Assembly: GCA_963764165.1 (NCBI GenBank)
Contig: CAVXRD010000001.1
Span: 448,001-512,000 of the forward strand
DNA from: an uncultured Verrucomicrobiae bacterium
GTDB taxonomy: Bacteria; Verrucomicrobiota; Verrucomicrobiia; Limisphaerales; Palsa-1400
Length of the DNA: 64,000 bases
Direction: 5' to 3'
The position numbers were made by a program, and so were the translations under genes. Below are positions 63,532 to 64,000 of the stretch, piece by piece (position 1 is the stretch's first letter; each line of letters starts with the position of its first letter). The notes under the pieces were generated by a model. That model was not told the DNA's origin. It did no database searches and worked only from the letters and a program-made list of their open reading frames with translations.

Positions 63532-63999
63532 TCAGTAATTGAGCGAGCCGGGATCGGCCGCCGAATGCTGCGCGAACCAAATCCAATCCACGTTGTTGGC
63601 TCCGCCCATGACAAATGGGTCGTGGCCGGTGGCATTGAGCAGCGTGGTGGTTTGCCACTTGTGGATTTGCGCGTGTCCGTCGGCAAACGAGAGCGACAGG
63701 GCATTGATATGGTAAGCGGCGGCGGGCACGTCTGGAAATTCGCCGGTATGACTGTTGATTTCGAGGTAGCCGTCATTGATGCTATACGCATTCTCCTCAC
63801 AAAAGACAAAAGCGTCGGAGGGCGAGGGATGGGTAATGTCCGAATCCTTTGAGTAAAGCAAGGCCGGAGCATCGTCGTTGAAGTTGGCCTTGGCCATGTA
63901 GACGGCGCCCATCTGGCCATTCATGGAATAAGTCCTCAATCGTTGGCCGTTGGCGGAGGGGACAATGTCGGCGGGGCATTTGTAGACGCCAATTTGTCC
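63532..63999 (-). CDS. C-terminal part of an H-X9-DG (DUF1559-like) prepilin-associated protein; 5' end outside the window
   Basis: VYKCPAD, RTYSMN, AFVFCEE...SINDG, YHINALSLSFADGHAQIHKW; frame open to the window edge. Confidence 0.9.
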   Translation of the reverse strand, partial: GQIGVYKCPADIVPSANGQRLRTYSMNGQMGAVYMAKANFNDDAPALLYSKDSDITHPSPSDAFVFCEENAYSINDGYLEINSHTGEFPDVPAAAYHINALSLSFADGHAQIHKWQTTTLLNATGHDPFVMGGANNVDWIWFAQHSAADPGSLNY

Positions 64000-64000
64000 A

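Noticed and set aside
1..64000. tRNA, rRNA, intact transposase, prophage, reverse transcriptase or defence system
   Set aside because: No supporting motifs seen; small RNAs could be missed without covariance-model searches

Overview
GC-rich bacterial chromosomal segment, most likely Verrucomicrobiota (Pedosphaerales-like). The assignment rests on Planctomycete-type cytochrome c domains, H-X9-DG prepilin-like proteins, an ECF sigma + Ser/Thr kinase pair, LamG/DUF2341/Ig surface proteins and GGYAGGG-type palindromic repeats. The window holds about 34 protein genes: a housekeeping tyrA-aroA-cmk operon, transporters, peptidases, two two-component loci and many large secreted proteins. I found no rRNA, tRNA, CRISPR array or intact transposase. 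The most notable feature is a ~17 kb minus-strand island (31070-47913). It encodes an ECF sigma factor, a Zn-finger/Ser-Thr kinase with an extracytoplasmic PA14-like domain, and four large surface proteins. A candidate ECF promoter, TGT(A/C)AC-N16-T(T/A)TAG, recurs with identical spacing upstream of three of its transcription units. Within the island a protein with an EF-hand/dockerin-like tail is followed by a four-repeat scaffold-like protein, and a decayed second ECF gene is present. Elsewhere there is a 99-nt palindromic repeat translated in frame inside a prepilin leader, heme-less miniature cytochrome c repeats, two dispersed relics of the same GxxExxY gene fragment, and several MITE/REP-like elements. 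All family assignments come from motif recognition by eye; no database searches were run.
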